DNA of 64,000 nucleotides from an uncultured Verrucomicrobiota bacterium (GTDB lineage Bacteria > Verrucomicrobiota > Verrucomicrobiia > Limisphaerales > UBA8199). Shown in pieces: positions 55,003-64,000 of the stretch (position 1 is its first letter; every line of letters begins with the position of its first letter). The notes beneath the pieces were generated by a model, which was given only the letters and a program-made list of their open reading frames with translations, did not search any database and was not told the origin of the DNA. Made by a program: the position numbers and the translations under genes. The stretch covers positions 10,094-74,093 of the forward strand of contig CAYUVH010000017.1 in NCBI GenBank assembly GCA_964448135.1. The letters are read 5' to 3'.

Positions 55003-57932
55003 ACACGACGCATCTTTCGAGCGGTTGGTTGCAGGCGATCGCGGTGCTGGCGATCGAGGGGACCCTGGTTGCCCTGCTGGTCGCGGCTTTGCAGGGGCGC
55101 TTCAAATCGGCGGTCTGGCGACGGACGATTTGTCAGGCCGGCGTGATGGCGTTACTGCTGACTGTCATCTGTGAATTCGGCGGCGTCGCGGGAAAGCTCG
55201 GTTCATGGCTCGATGAAAGACGGGCAGGGGACGCGAAGCAAATGGCGGGGGTATCCCGGGAGCAAGCCGAAGAACCAGTCAATTTCGGCGAAACATCTTA
55301 TCCTGCAGGAGACGAGGTGACGAGGCTCACTTGTTCCAATCACCCGGAAGATTCAATTTCACCCAATGCAGACTTAAACCCAAGCCGTCCCACCGCCCTC
55401 TCTCTCCCGGGGGAGAGAGCCGGGGTGAGTGCGGTTGCTTCTTCCACATCCAGAACCGCCTCCCTGCCGTCAGACGCGCTGCCATTCCTGTGGATCAGTC
55501 TTCTTTGGCTTGCGGGCGTCGTAGTCGTCGCCGGTCGCGCGGTGTTCGCTCAATTCCTCTTCTTGCTATTCCGGCTGCGCCGACGATTGGTTCGTGACAC
55601 GGTTCTGCAGGAGCGCGTGGAGCGGCTTGCGCGCGAACTGGGAATTTCCCGTCGCATCCGGCTCGTGGAATCGACGCAGCTGAGCTGTCCCATAGCCTTT
55701 GGAATTTTCTTTCCAACCATCGGTCTTCCAGTCGGGTTCGCAAAGCAATACTCATCCGAAAAACAGGAGGCGATGCTGGCGCACGAATTGGCGCACCTCG
55801 CGGCGTGGGATCCCTGCTGGTGCCTGTTTACCGAGGCCGCCACCGCACTCTTGTGGTGGCATCCGGCGGTGTGGTGGCTGCGTCGCCAACTCGGCATCGC
55901 GTCCGAACTGGCCGCCGATGAGGCCAGCGTGGTGGTGGCGGATGGTCCGCAGGTTTTGGCCGAGTGCCTGGTGGAGGTGGGGACGCGGCTGGCCCATCCG
56001 TTGCTGGTGGACCCGTTGCGCGTCTCCGGGTTTCGTTCGCAACTGGGCCGCCGCGTTCAGCGGCTGGCGCTCATGGATGAGCAAACTTGGACGCCGCCTT
56101 CGCGCGGCCGCACGGCTTTGGTGCGCGCGCTCGGACCGTTCGCACTGGCTGGCATTGTCATTTTAACCACGGCGCGGCTCGCCCCCGCCGTATTGCCTGG
56201 AGGTAATGAAACTATGAAACAAAATCCATTCTTGTGGAAACAATCCCTGGCCACCGTCGTGCTTTTGACCGCCCTCAACGGCGCCGAAGCGGCACCGGCC
56301 GAACCCGCCACGGCCGCGTCGCCGACCAATCGGGTGAAACTGGCCGTCGAGGGAACGACCATCGAAGCCGACCAGATCAACGTGAATCAAACCACCGGCG
56401 TGGTGACCGCGACGGGCTCGGTGCGGGCCCAGAGTGGCAGCGCCTTCATCGCGCGGGCGCAGTCGTTGGCGTCGGAGGCCACCAGGATGGCGAATGAGGC
56501 CCACATAATACTGGCACGCGCCGATGAGTTGGCCCTTAATGCCGCCCCGCCCACGGCCACCCCGGGCGCGAGTGTCAATCAGCCGATGCTCGCCGCCAAT
56601 ACCGCGGCGCCAGCGGCGCCGGACCCTGCTGCGGCCCCGGCGTTCGCACCAGCGACCACCTCTTCGGGAAGTTCCAGCGTTTTGCCAGCCAAACACGGCA
56701 CCGCTCTCGAAGCCAAGCTCAACAATATCGTTTTGGAAGAGGTCACCTTCGACAAATTACCCCTGCCTGAAGTCCTCCGCTTTCTCCGTGACGAATCCGC
56801 GAAATTGGACAGTGAAAAAATCGGCGTAAATTTTATCCTGGTCACTTCTCCTTCCACCAGTGCCGCTCCGGCGGTTGATCCAGCCACCGGCCTTCCCTTG
56901 CCCACGCTTTCCTCCGGGCCCGCCAACATGGATTCCGTCACCATCTCGTTCAATCTGCCTCTGCGCCACGTCACTCTCAAAAACGTCCTCGATGCCATTG
57001 TCCGCGTGGCCGCTCCGTCCATTCGCTATGAAGTTGAGGATTACGGAGTCGTGTTCTCGCCGACCGGCTTGGGTAATTCCCAGGCACGCATGCGGTTGGC
57101 TAACGTGATCTCCAGGCAACCGGTGCCGGGCAACGCCACTTCCGTTTTCGGCTCGTCCGCAGGCCAGTCCCAAATCCTGGAGGACACAGTCGTCACACGA
57201 CCCTTGCGCCAACAGTCCGTGGTGGGCGGCTTGGATCGGCAACCACAGCAGCAATTCCAGGACCGGCTGGTCAAGATCGGCTCGCCGGGCCATCCCCACA
57301 GGGAGCTGCCGCCCGTGCTGGAACCCCGCACGTTCAACATCGATTTTGGCGTCTGGCGTGACAATACCAGCAAACAGGTCGGCCCTGCCGCGGTCGGCAG
57401 CCCCGGTGATTTTTGGAACAGCGTCGGCATTCCCTTCGATGATCGGAACACCGAGTCCGGGCTGAAGTTCGCCACACGCGAACCCAGCGCCATCACGGCG
57501 GAACTGATCAACCTCGGCGGTGCCTGGGGCTTCAGCGACGGCATGGGCATCAAGTCGCCGATGCTCGACAATTTCTCCTATCCGGCGGGCAATAAAGGCG
57601 GCAACTCCCAGGTCATCCTGCGCAACGTGCCGGCGGGGAAATACGACGTCTACATTTACGGTCACGGTGTGAAACCAGATTATTACGGCGACTATACTCT
57701 CTCCGTGGGCGGGACCAAATACCCGCGCAAGAACACTTATCACGCGAACGACTCCGGGCAGGACACCAAATGGATCGAAGGCCGCCAGTATGTGAAGTAT
57801 TCCGGCGTCAAGGTCGGTAATGGCGAGGCCGTGGATATTCTGATCCAACCCGGCAAACCCGTGACCGACGATTTGAATCGCACTTTTTCCGACGCCATCA
57901 TTTCCGGCCTGCAGCTGGTGCCGGTGAAGTAA
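54999..57932 (+). CDS. BlaR1-like M56 peptidase signal transducer with long non-PBP C-terminal extension
   Basis: ATGA overlap with the repressor gene. 4-TM N-terminus and HExxH in MLAHELAHLAAWD. An Ala/Pro-rich linker and a beta-rich C-terminal region of about 300 aa follow. Confidence 0.85.
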   Translation: MNTTHLSSGWLQAIAVLAIEGTLVALLVAALQGRFKSAVWRRTICQAGVMALLLTVICEFGGVAGKLGSWLDERRAGDAKQMAGVSREQAEEPVNFGETSYPAGDEVTRLTCSNHPEDSISPNADLNPSRPTALSLPGERAGVSAVASSTSRTASLPSDALPFLWISLLWLAGVVVVAGRAVFAQFLFLLFRLRRRLVRDTVLQERVERLARELGISRRIRLVESTQLSCPIAFGIFFPTIGLPVGFAKQYSSEKQEAMLAHELAHLAAWDPCWCLFTEAATALLWWHPAVWWLRRQLGIASELAADEASVVVADGPQVLAECLVEVGTRLAHPLLVDPLRVSGFRSQLGRRVQRLALMDEQTWTPPSRGRTALVRALGPFALAGIVILTTARLAPAVLPGGNETMKQNPFLWKQSLATVVLLTALNGAEAAPAEPATAASPTNRVKLAVEGTTIEADQINVNQTTGVVTATGSVRAQSGSAFIARAQSLASEATRMANEAHIILARADELALNAAPPTATPGASVNQPMLAANTAAPAAPDPAAAPAFAPATTSSGSSSVLPAKHGTALEAKLNNIVLEEVTFDKLPLPEVLRFLRDESAKLDSEKIGVNFILVTSPSTSAAPAVDPATGLPLPTLSSGPANMDSVTISFNLPLRHVTLKNVLDAIVRVAAPSIRYEVEDYGVVFSPTGLGNSQARMRLANVISRQPVPGNATSVFGSSAGQSQILEDTVVTRPLRQQSVVGGLDRQPQQQFQDRLVKIGSPGHPHRELPPVLEPRTFNIDFGVWRDNTSKQVGPAAVGSPGDFWNSVGIPFDDRNTESGLKFATREPSAITAELINLGGAWGFSDGMGIKSPMLDNFSYPAGNKGGNSQVILRNVPAGKYDVYIYGHGVKPDYYGDYTLSVGGTKYPRKNTYHANDSGQDTKWIEGRQYVKYSGVKVGNGEAVDILIQPGKPVTDDLNRTFSDAIISGLQLVPVK

Positions 57933-57986
57933 TGTTGAATTGCCGCTTGGCACTGGGCGCATGGTTTGGTTTGCTGGCCGCGCCCA

Positions 57987-60191
57987 ATGCGATTTTTGCG
58001 GCTTCTGCTACTGCTCGCGCTTGGCTCGCTGGCGCTTCCCTGCGTCCTGCGGGCGCAACCGCTCGCGGAGTGGAAGGTCAGCGCGACCACCGAGGGCGGG
58101 TCCGTCGAATACGAGTTCGCCACCAAGACGTATGTGGCGACCAACGGCGTGGAGGTGCGTTATGGCGGAGCGGTCATGGTGGCGGACGCCGTCAAGGTGA
58201 ACGAGGAGACCGGCCAGGTGGTCGCCGATGGCAAGGTGCGCATCCAGCGCGACGACCAGATCTGGGTCGGCGAGCACGTCCTCTACAACTTCAAGACGCA
58301 CCAGATGGAGGCGGCGCAGTTTCGCACCGGCAAAGCGCCCATGTACGCCAGCGGCCTGGGTCTCCACGGCGAAATCACCAACCGCTTTTACGTGGCGACC
58401 AATGCCATCATCACGACCGACGATATCTCCGAACCCGGCGTCTCCATCCGGGCCAAGTCGATCGAGATCATTCCGGGCGACCGGATCATCGCCCATCACG
58501 CCACGCTTTATGCGGGCGGGGTGCCGGTGTTTTATTTTCCGTATTACAGCCACAGCCTGGACCAGAGCGGGAACCAATTTCTCTTTGTCCCCGGCTATCG
58601 CTCGACGTATGGATCGTTCCTCCTTACCGGCTATCGCTGGGTCTGGAACGACCAGCTCGATGGCGCCCTGCACCTCGATTATCGCGAGAAGCGCGGTCCG
58701 GGCGTTGGGCCGGACCTGAATTATAATTTCGGGAATAAGGGCGAAGGCACGCTCAAGTACTATTATACGTACGACAAGGAACCCGATTCCAACGGAAACA
58801 ATCCCAACGACCCCTACAACCGGCAGCGCGTCCTGTACACCTATTTGGGCGAGCCGGCGACGAACCTGAGTGTTCGCTCCCAGGTCCGCTGGCAGGGCGA
58901 TCCCGACATTGTAAAAAACTTCTTCGAACAGGAATACCGGCAGGATCCCCAGCCGAGCACGTACGTGGAAGCCAGCAAGCTCTGGCCGAATTTCAGCTTC
59001 AACGGTTACGTCCAGCCGCGGGTGAACGACTTTTTGCAGACCGTGGAGCGCTTGCCCGAGGCGCGGATCACCGGCTACCGGCAGCAGATCGGCGAGACGC
59101 CGTTTTACTACGAGAGCGAAACCTCCGCCGGTTACTACGAAACCCTGTTCGCGCAGACCAATGGCCCGCCTTCCGCGCCCGAATACGCGGCCGCCCGCGC
59201 GGACAGCTTCCAGCAAATCACCCTGCCTCACACGTTCTTTAATTTTCTGAATGTCACCCCGCGTGTCGGCGGGCGTTACACCTACTACAGCGCCGCCTCC
59301 GGGCCGGGCGCGACGACGGACGCGGAATCGCGCTGGGTGTTCAACACCGGCATGGAAGTCTCCTTCAAGGCCTCGCGCCTGTGGCCGGAGATGCACAGCG
59401 ATTTCTTCGAGATGGACGGCGCGCGGCACATCTTTCAGCCCTACGTGAATTACGTTTATGTGCCCACGCCGAATGTGGTCGGCACGAACAACATCCCGCA
59501 ATTCGATCAACAGGAGCCCACCCTGCGGCTGCTGCCCATCGAATATCCGCAGTACAACTCCATCGACTCCCTCAACGCGCAAAACGTGCTCCGCGTCGGC
59601 ATGAACAACAAGATCCAGACCAAGCGCGAGGGTCAGGTCGTCAACGTCGTCAATTGGGATCTCTACACCGACTGGAACCTCCAACCGCTTTCGTACCAGA
59701 ACACGTTCTCCGATTTGTTTTCCGACCTCATCATCCGGCCGCGCTCCTGGCTCACCTTCGAATCACTGCTCGCGTGGAACCTCAGCAACAACCAGTGGGA
59801 CCTGGCGCTGAACACGCTGACTTTCCAGCTCACGGATAAATTGAGCTGGGGCCTCAGTCATTACTACGTCCGCACAAACGACACCTTCGGCCTCGCGCCG
59901 CCCGGTCCCGGCAACAACCTCTTCAGCAGCAGCCTCTTTTATCGGATCAACGAAAACTGGGGCTTCCGCGCTTACGAGCGCATCAATCTCCAGGGTGTCC
60001 AGGTGCAGGAGCAAGGCTACGCCCTCTATCGCGACCTGCGCAGTTGGACCGCGGCCCTGGCTTTCCGCGTCCGCGAAAATCCCACCGGGCCGACCGACTA
60101 CACCGTCGCCTTCACCTTCTCGTTGAAAGCCTTCCCCAGATACAATGTCGGCAGCGACGCCCTGCGACCATTGTGGTTGCTGGGCGATTGA
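57987..60191 (+). CDS. lptD: LPS-assembly outer-membrane protein LptD/OstA family
   Basis: Signal peptide MRFLRLLLLLALGSLALPCVLRAQ. OstA-like N-terminal domain (ADAVKVNEETGQVVADGKVRIQRDDQIW) and a large beta-barrel. Confidence 0.8.
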   Translation: MRFLRLLLLLALGSLALPCVLRAQPLAEWKVSATTEGGSVEYEFATKTYVATNGVEVRYGGAVMVADAVKVNEETGQVVADGKVRIQRDDQIWVGEHVLYNFKTHQMEAAQFRTGKAPMYASGLGLHGEITNRFYVATNAIITTDDISEPGVSIRAKSIEIIPGDRIIAHHATLYAGGVPVFYFPYYSHSLDQSGNQFLFVPGYRSTYGSFLLTGYRWVWNDQLDGALHLDYREKRGPGVGPDLNYNFGNKGEGTLKYYYTYDKEPDSNGNNPNDPYNRQRVLYTYLGEPATNLSVRSQVRWQGDPDIVKNFFEQEYRQDPQPSTYVEASKLWPNFSFNGYVQPRVNDFLQTVERLPEARITGYRQQIGETPFYYESETSAGYYETLFAQTNGPPSAPEYAAARADSFQQITLPHTFFNFLNVTPRVGGRYTYYSAASGPGATTDAESRWVFNTGMEVSFKASRLWPEMHSDFFEMDGARHIFQPYVNYVYVPTPNVVGTNNIPQFDQQEPTLRLLPIEYPQYNSIDSLNAQNVLRVGMNNKIQTKREGQVVNVVNWDLYTDWNLQPLSYQNTFSDLFSDLIIRPRSWLTFESLLAWNLSNNQWDLALNTLTFQLTDKLSWGLSHYYVRTNDTFGLAPPGPGNNLFSSSLFYRINENWGFRAYERINLQGVQVQEQGYALYRDLRSWTAALAFRVRENPTGPTDYTVAFTFSLKAFPRYNVGSDALRPLWLLGD

Positions 60192-60199
60192 CGGCGGTA

Positions 60200-61177
60200 C
60201 TACCGCTGTATCCGCTTCACTTCGAAGCGGATGGCCTTCGCTCCCGTCGCATCCACTTCCGCTTCCAGGTAGCCGCCGTCCTTTAGCAATTCAATCCCCG
60301 ACAACGCCGGGCAGAGTTGGATTTTGAATGGCCGCCAATATTTGGCTTCGCGCAACGCCGAACTCAAACGCTTCGTCGTGTGGCCGAGGAAGCTAAGACG
60401 CGGCATGCCGGAGAGCAGGCGGCTCTTCCAAAGAATCAGTTTTGAATGCAGATGGCCGATGACCGTTGCCTCGATCTGGTCCAGTTTTGCGCGCACGGCT
60501 TCCTCCCGCCAGAGAAACGGCAACGCGGTCGGATCGTGCACGAAGAATAGCACGCGCTGGCCTGGCTTTACGGCCGCGAATCCCTCGCGGATTTGCGCCA
60601 GATGCTCCTCGCGCAGTTTCCACCATTCCGCGCGCTCCTCCGGCAGGGTGTCCGGTTCGAACACCGGCAGCCCGATCAGGGACGACGCCACGCCCATCAC
60701 GACGTAGTTGCCCAGCTCCCAGCGCCAGAAAGGTGCGAGACCCAATTCCGTCCGCGCCCGCTGCCAGCTCGTCAGCCGCATCCCGCCGCGGCCGCCGAAG
60801 AAGCTCGTCTTGCCCAGCTCATGATCGCCCCACGTGGTTCGGAGTTTGTCGCCGAACCGCTCGCGCAATTTCGTCAGCGCGATGCCCGCGCTCTCACACG
60901 CCGCATCGTCGCTGACGCCTACGAACGCCGAGTTGCAGGAGTAATCGCCGTTGGCCACCACGAAATCAAAGCGATCGCCCGCAGCCATGAATTGGTCGAG
61001 CAGATGGTTTTGATCGAGCGGCTTGCGCAGCCAGAAGAAGTGGCGGTAATTGCGCACGAAATTGCGCACGAAGAAGTTCTTCAGGTCGCGGTATTCGTAA
61101 TCGTTGCCGCGCAGTTGCTCGCGCGGTCCGGCGTAGTGGATATCGCTGACGATGCCCAGCCTGACGATCCGGGACAT
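60200..61177 (-). CDS. Calcineurin-like metallophosphoesterase
   Basis: GIVSDIHY, VANGDY, WGDHE and VIGHLH motifs. Confidence 0.8.
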   Translation of the reverse strand: MSRIVRLGIVSDIHYAGPREQLRGNDYEYRDLKNFFVRNFVRNYRHFFWLRKPLDQNHLLDQFMAAGDRFDFVVANGDYSCNSAFVGVSDDAACESAGIALTKLRERFGDKLRTTWGDHELGKTSFFGGRGGMRLTSWQRARTELGLAPFWRWELGNYVVMGVASSLIGLPVFEPDTLPEERAEWWKLREEHLAQIREGFAAVKPGQRVLFFVHDPTALPFLWREEAVRAKLDQIEATVIGHLHSKLILWKSRLLSGMPRLSFLGHTTKRLSSALREAKYWRPFKIQLCPALSGIELLKDGGYLEAEVDATGAKAIRFEVKRIQR

Positions 61178-62331
61178 CAGGCGGTGCGGCTCAGCGTGGG
61201 GAGCACGATCTGGAAAGCGGTGCCTTCGCCGGGCTGGCTGTCCACGGCGATGCGGCCGCCGTGCTGGATGATGATGCGGCGGGTGATGGCCAGCCCGAGT
61301 CCCGTGCCGCCGTCCTTCGTGGTAAAAAACGGCTCGAAGAGTTTGCGCAGGTTTTCCTTCGGGATGCCGGAACCGTTGTCCCGGATGGTGATGCTCAGGC
61401 GCTCCAATCCGCCGGTGGCGTGCGAAACCGGCTCCGCGCCGGTGGCCACCGTCAGCGCGCCGTGCGGCGGCATGGCATCGAGGGCGTTGAGCAACAGGTT
61501 GAGAAACGCCTGCTCCAACTGATCGTCGTCGCCCTGGATCATATCCGTCGGCGCGGCGTATTGCCGGGCCAGCGCGATCGATTTGTCCTGGAGCTGGCGG
61601 TTGAGCAATTGCAGCGAATGATCCAGCAGCTTGTGCACCGGCACCGGCGCCAGCGCCGGTTTGCCGAGCGCGGAGAAATTCAACACCTGCGTGAGCAGCG
61701 CGTCCGCGCGCTTGAGTTCGCGCCGGACAATTTCGCCCATGTTGGAGCCGGGCTGCTTTTCGAGGAGCAAATCCACAAAAGTCTTGGCGGCCACCAGCGC
61801 GTTCTTGGCTTCGTGCGCCAGGCCGGCGGAAAGCGTGCCCGTGGTGGCGAGACGATTGAGCCGCTCGAACCGCTGTTCCAGGTCGCGCACCCGCGAAAGG
61901 TCGGTCAAGGTCAGCACCACATCGCAGCCCTTTCTCGCCGCGCCGGAGGTAAGGAGGTTGACCAGCACCGGCACTTCCTTGCCGCGCGGGCCGGCGATGG
62001 TCACTTCGTGTTCCCGCGCCGTGCCGCCGGACGCGGCCCGGGAGACCAGCTTTCGCAAAGACTCCGGCAGCACACTGGCGCCCGGGTTTTCCTCGCCTGC
62101 TTTCAATCCCAGCAGCCGGCTCGCCTCGGCCGAGGCGGTGAGAATTTTTCCCTGGTGATTGGCCACGATGATCCCCGAGGCCATGCGTTTCCAGACGGCT
62201 TTTTCCAGGACCGTCGCCCGCGGGGTGGATTTTTTGCGTGCAGCTCCTCCTGGCCCGCTCGCCGTCACCGGCCGGGATACATCATTCGTTACGTGCTGTC
62301 CCTTTGGCGATTTCGCCTGAGCGCGTGCCAC
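61177..62331 (-). CDS. Cytoplasmic PAS-containing sensor histidine kinase
   Basis: H-box SAGLAHEAKNAL, N-box LLLNALDAM, DNGSGI and GTGLGLAITRRI. No TM segment. Confidence 0.85.
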   Translation of the reverse strand: MARAQAKSPKGQHVTNDVSRPVTASGPGGAARKKSTPRATVLEKAVWKRMASGIIVANHQGKILTASAEASRLLGLKAGEENPGASVLPESLRKLVSRAASGGTAREHEVTIAGPRGKEVPVLVNLLTSGAARKGCDVVLTLTDLSRVRDLEQRFERLNRLATTGTLSAGLAHEAKNALVAAKTFVDLLLEKQPGSNMGEIVRRELKRADALLTQVLNFSALGKPALAPVPVHKLLDHSLQLLNRQLQDKSIALARQYAAPTDMIQGDDDQLEQAFLNLLLNALDAMPPHGALTVATGAEPVSHATGGLERLSITIRDNGSGIPKENLRKLFEPFFTTKDGGTGLGLAITRRIIIQHGGRIAVDSQPGEGTAFQIVLPTLSRTA

Positions 62332-62541
62332 AAAGCTGAATATGGTTCCTCTCCGCCGGTCCGGTCAAGCGGCTTCCCATCGTCCGCCGGGGGAACAAAT
62401 CCGCCTTGACATACCCGGCCCTTGCAGTAGCTTGGCTGATAAGCGGGAAATCAGCCGATCCATTTGGCGCTTTTTTTCATGGAATCGGTGTCATTTTCCC
62501 GGGAACAAATTGGCATTAGGGCCCTCTTACCAGAGGCGAAG

Positions 62542-62718
62542 ATGTTTTCACTTAGTTGGTTTCAGAAGGATAGAGAGCGGGACCGGTATTACCTCCTGCC
62601 CGGCATGGGCGGGCGGGCGTATCGCCGTAAGCAGAAGGTTTTCCTTCAATGCGCGATCGCCGCGGGCATTGTGGTTTCCGCCGTGGTCGGCATTTTGTTG
62701 TATATGATGGGCCGGTGA
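62542..62718 (+). CDS. Small single-TM protein, unknown function
   Basis: MFSLSWFQKDRERDRYYLLPGMGGRAYRRK, then a TM helix AIAAGIVVSAVVGILLYMM. Weak support. Confidence 0.35.
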   Translation: MFSLSWFQKDRERDRYYLLPGMGGRAYRRKQKVFLQCAIAAGIVVSAVVGILLYMMGR

Positions 62719-64000
62719 TTACTGGCTCAGCTTCAGCAGCAACGCCCGCATTTCCATCACCTGTTTGCCAGCCACCGCTGGCGCTTTCAATGTCAGGACC
62801 CCCCGGCCCTTGGGCAAATCCATCGTCCCGAGGTTCAACGGCTTCCAATCTTTGACGTAAGACTCCGACTCCCGCTTTACCCGGTCGTTTTCCGCGCCAT
62901 GCAATGGAGGATCGTTCGCTTCCTTTACCTTTCCCTCCAAACGCGCGCCTTTGAAACTCAGTTCAATCGTTGAACCCACATCCGCTTGCGGGCAGGCGTA
63001 GAGCATGGAGACTTCGTATTTGCCCGCGGTGGCGACCTCAATGTTCCAGGTGATGCTGTCGTTCGTGCTGGTCCAGTTTTTGAAATAGGAACAGTTCGGC
63101 GCTCCGGCGCTGCGCTTGATGCCGCCGTGGGGAACACCATCGCGGGCGGGCAGTTGCGTCAGCGGGAATTGCGAATAGCCGACGGTAAACGGGCGGTCGT
63201 CCTTCTCGATGCCCGGCAATACCTCGGCCTTCCAGGCGGCGCGGGCGCTCAAAAGTTTGTCAGCTTCCTCCTTGTGGCTGGCGGCGACGTCGTTGTCCTG
63301 CATCGGATCTTCGACCATGTCGTAAAGGTGGCCGGCGTTGTCGAGGCGGTAGCGCTGGTTGCGCACGCTGACCTGGCCGCCCCAATGCGAATAGATTATC
63401 CGATCCGGCCAGGCATCCGCCGGCTTGCCCATCAGTAACTGCCGCAGATTCAACCCATCCAGCGGCAGCGTGCTCTGCACGGGGATATCCGCCAGCGAAG
63501 CCAGCGTCGGCAGCAAATCAATCGCGCCTGCGATCTCCGGCACGCGCAGTCCGCCGTTGATGTGGCCGGGCCAGCGGATCAGGAACGGCGCGCGGACGCC
63601 GCCTTCGTCGGTGGAGGCCTTGCGGCCCTTCATGCCGCCATTCCAACGCCAGCTGTTCGGGCCGTTGTCGCTGAAATAAATCACGATCGTATTGTCCGCG
63701 AGCTTGAGGTCATTGAGCGCCTTCAATACACGGCCCACGTTCCAATCAATGTTTTCGCACATCGCCAGCGCGGCCCGCGTGAACGCGAGGTCTTCCTGCG
63801 CTTGATTGCGGGCGCGCAGCGGCAGGTCCTTGCCGGCAAATTTTTCGTAGAAGCGGTCGGGCACCTGCATGGGTGAATGCGGCGAGTTGAAGGGCAGGTA
63901 GCAGAAGAAGGGCTTGTCCTTGTGCTGCTCGATGAACTGGATCGCGTGGTCCGTGAGATCATCGGTGATATAGCCCTGGCCTTTGACGAGCTGGCCGTTG
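62719..64000 (-). CDS. Sulfatase with C-terminal beta-sandwich-like domain; 5' end outside the window
   Basis: ORF is open to the window end. IVIYFSDNGPNSWRWNGGMKGRKASTDEGGVRAPFLIRWPGHI is the conserved sulfatase C-terminal core. Confidence 0.85.
   Translation of the reverse strand, partial: NGQLVKGQGYITDDLTDHAIQFIEQHKDKPFFCYLPFNSPHSPMQVPDRFYEKFAGKDLPLRARNQAQEDLAFTRAALAMCENIDWNVGRVLKALNDLKLADNTIVIYFSDNGPNSWRWNGGMKGRKASTDEGGVRAPFLIRWPGHINGGLRVPEIAGAIDLLPTLASLADIPVQSTLPLDGLNLRQLLMGKPADAWPDRIIYSHWGGQVSVRNQRYRLDNAGHLYDMVEDPMQDNDVAASHKEEADKLLSARAAWKAEVLPGIEKDDRPFTVGYSQFPLTQLPARDGVPHGGIKRSAGAPNCSYFKNWTSTNDSITWNIEVATAGKYEVSMLYACPQADVGSTIELSFKGARLEGKVKEANDPPLHGAENDRVKRESESYVKDWKPLNLGTMDLPKGRGVLTLKAPAVAGKQVMEMRALLLKLSQ

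Overview
High-GC (about 60-67% by hand counts), tightly packed bacterial chromosome segment. Gene content points to Verrucomicrobiota, Pedosphaera/Limisphaerales-like: prepilin-type H-X9-DG proteins, several sulfatases, a DUF4838 protein and many short dispersed repeats. No database search was possible, so all family calls come from motifs I recognise in the ORF translations. Most of the window is housekeeping or envelope genes: guaA 3' end, ileS, an Mla-type ABC operon, a deoxyhypusine-synthase-like gene, rpmI-rplT-pheS-pheT, xylA, radC, a PBP4 gene, a czcCBA-type heavy-metal RND operon, metF, a BlaI/BlaR1-like pair and lptD. There is also one histidine kinase, three orphan receiver-only regulators and an ECF sigma factor fused to a membrane domain. 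The main candidate is a low-GC (about 45-57%) four-gene operon at 4768-8456, directly after ileS and closed by a 27-bp hairpin. It encodes a 455-aa orphan protein, an ORC/Cdc6-ExeA-like AAA+ ATPase, a 137-aa orphan and a PIN-domain nuclease. The genes are linked by a 5-nt gap, an ATGA overlap and an 8-nt overlap. I cannot match this architecture to any named defence or toxin-antitoxin system, so I propose it as a horizontally acquired candidate defence or abortive-infection module. Other observations: a roughly 250-nt palindromic MITE-like element in two inverted copies around an HExxH gene; a three-copy dispersed element carrying six GGTTACA/GGTAACA heptamers, always oriented the same way relative to a nearby gene start; helically phased CTTT repeats upstream of ileS; codon third-base mosaicism inside ileS; an Mla ATPase with substitutions in four of five catalytic motifs; and a frameshifted VOC/glyoxalase gene. 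I found no rRNA, tRNA, CRISPR array, transposase or integrase.
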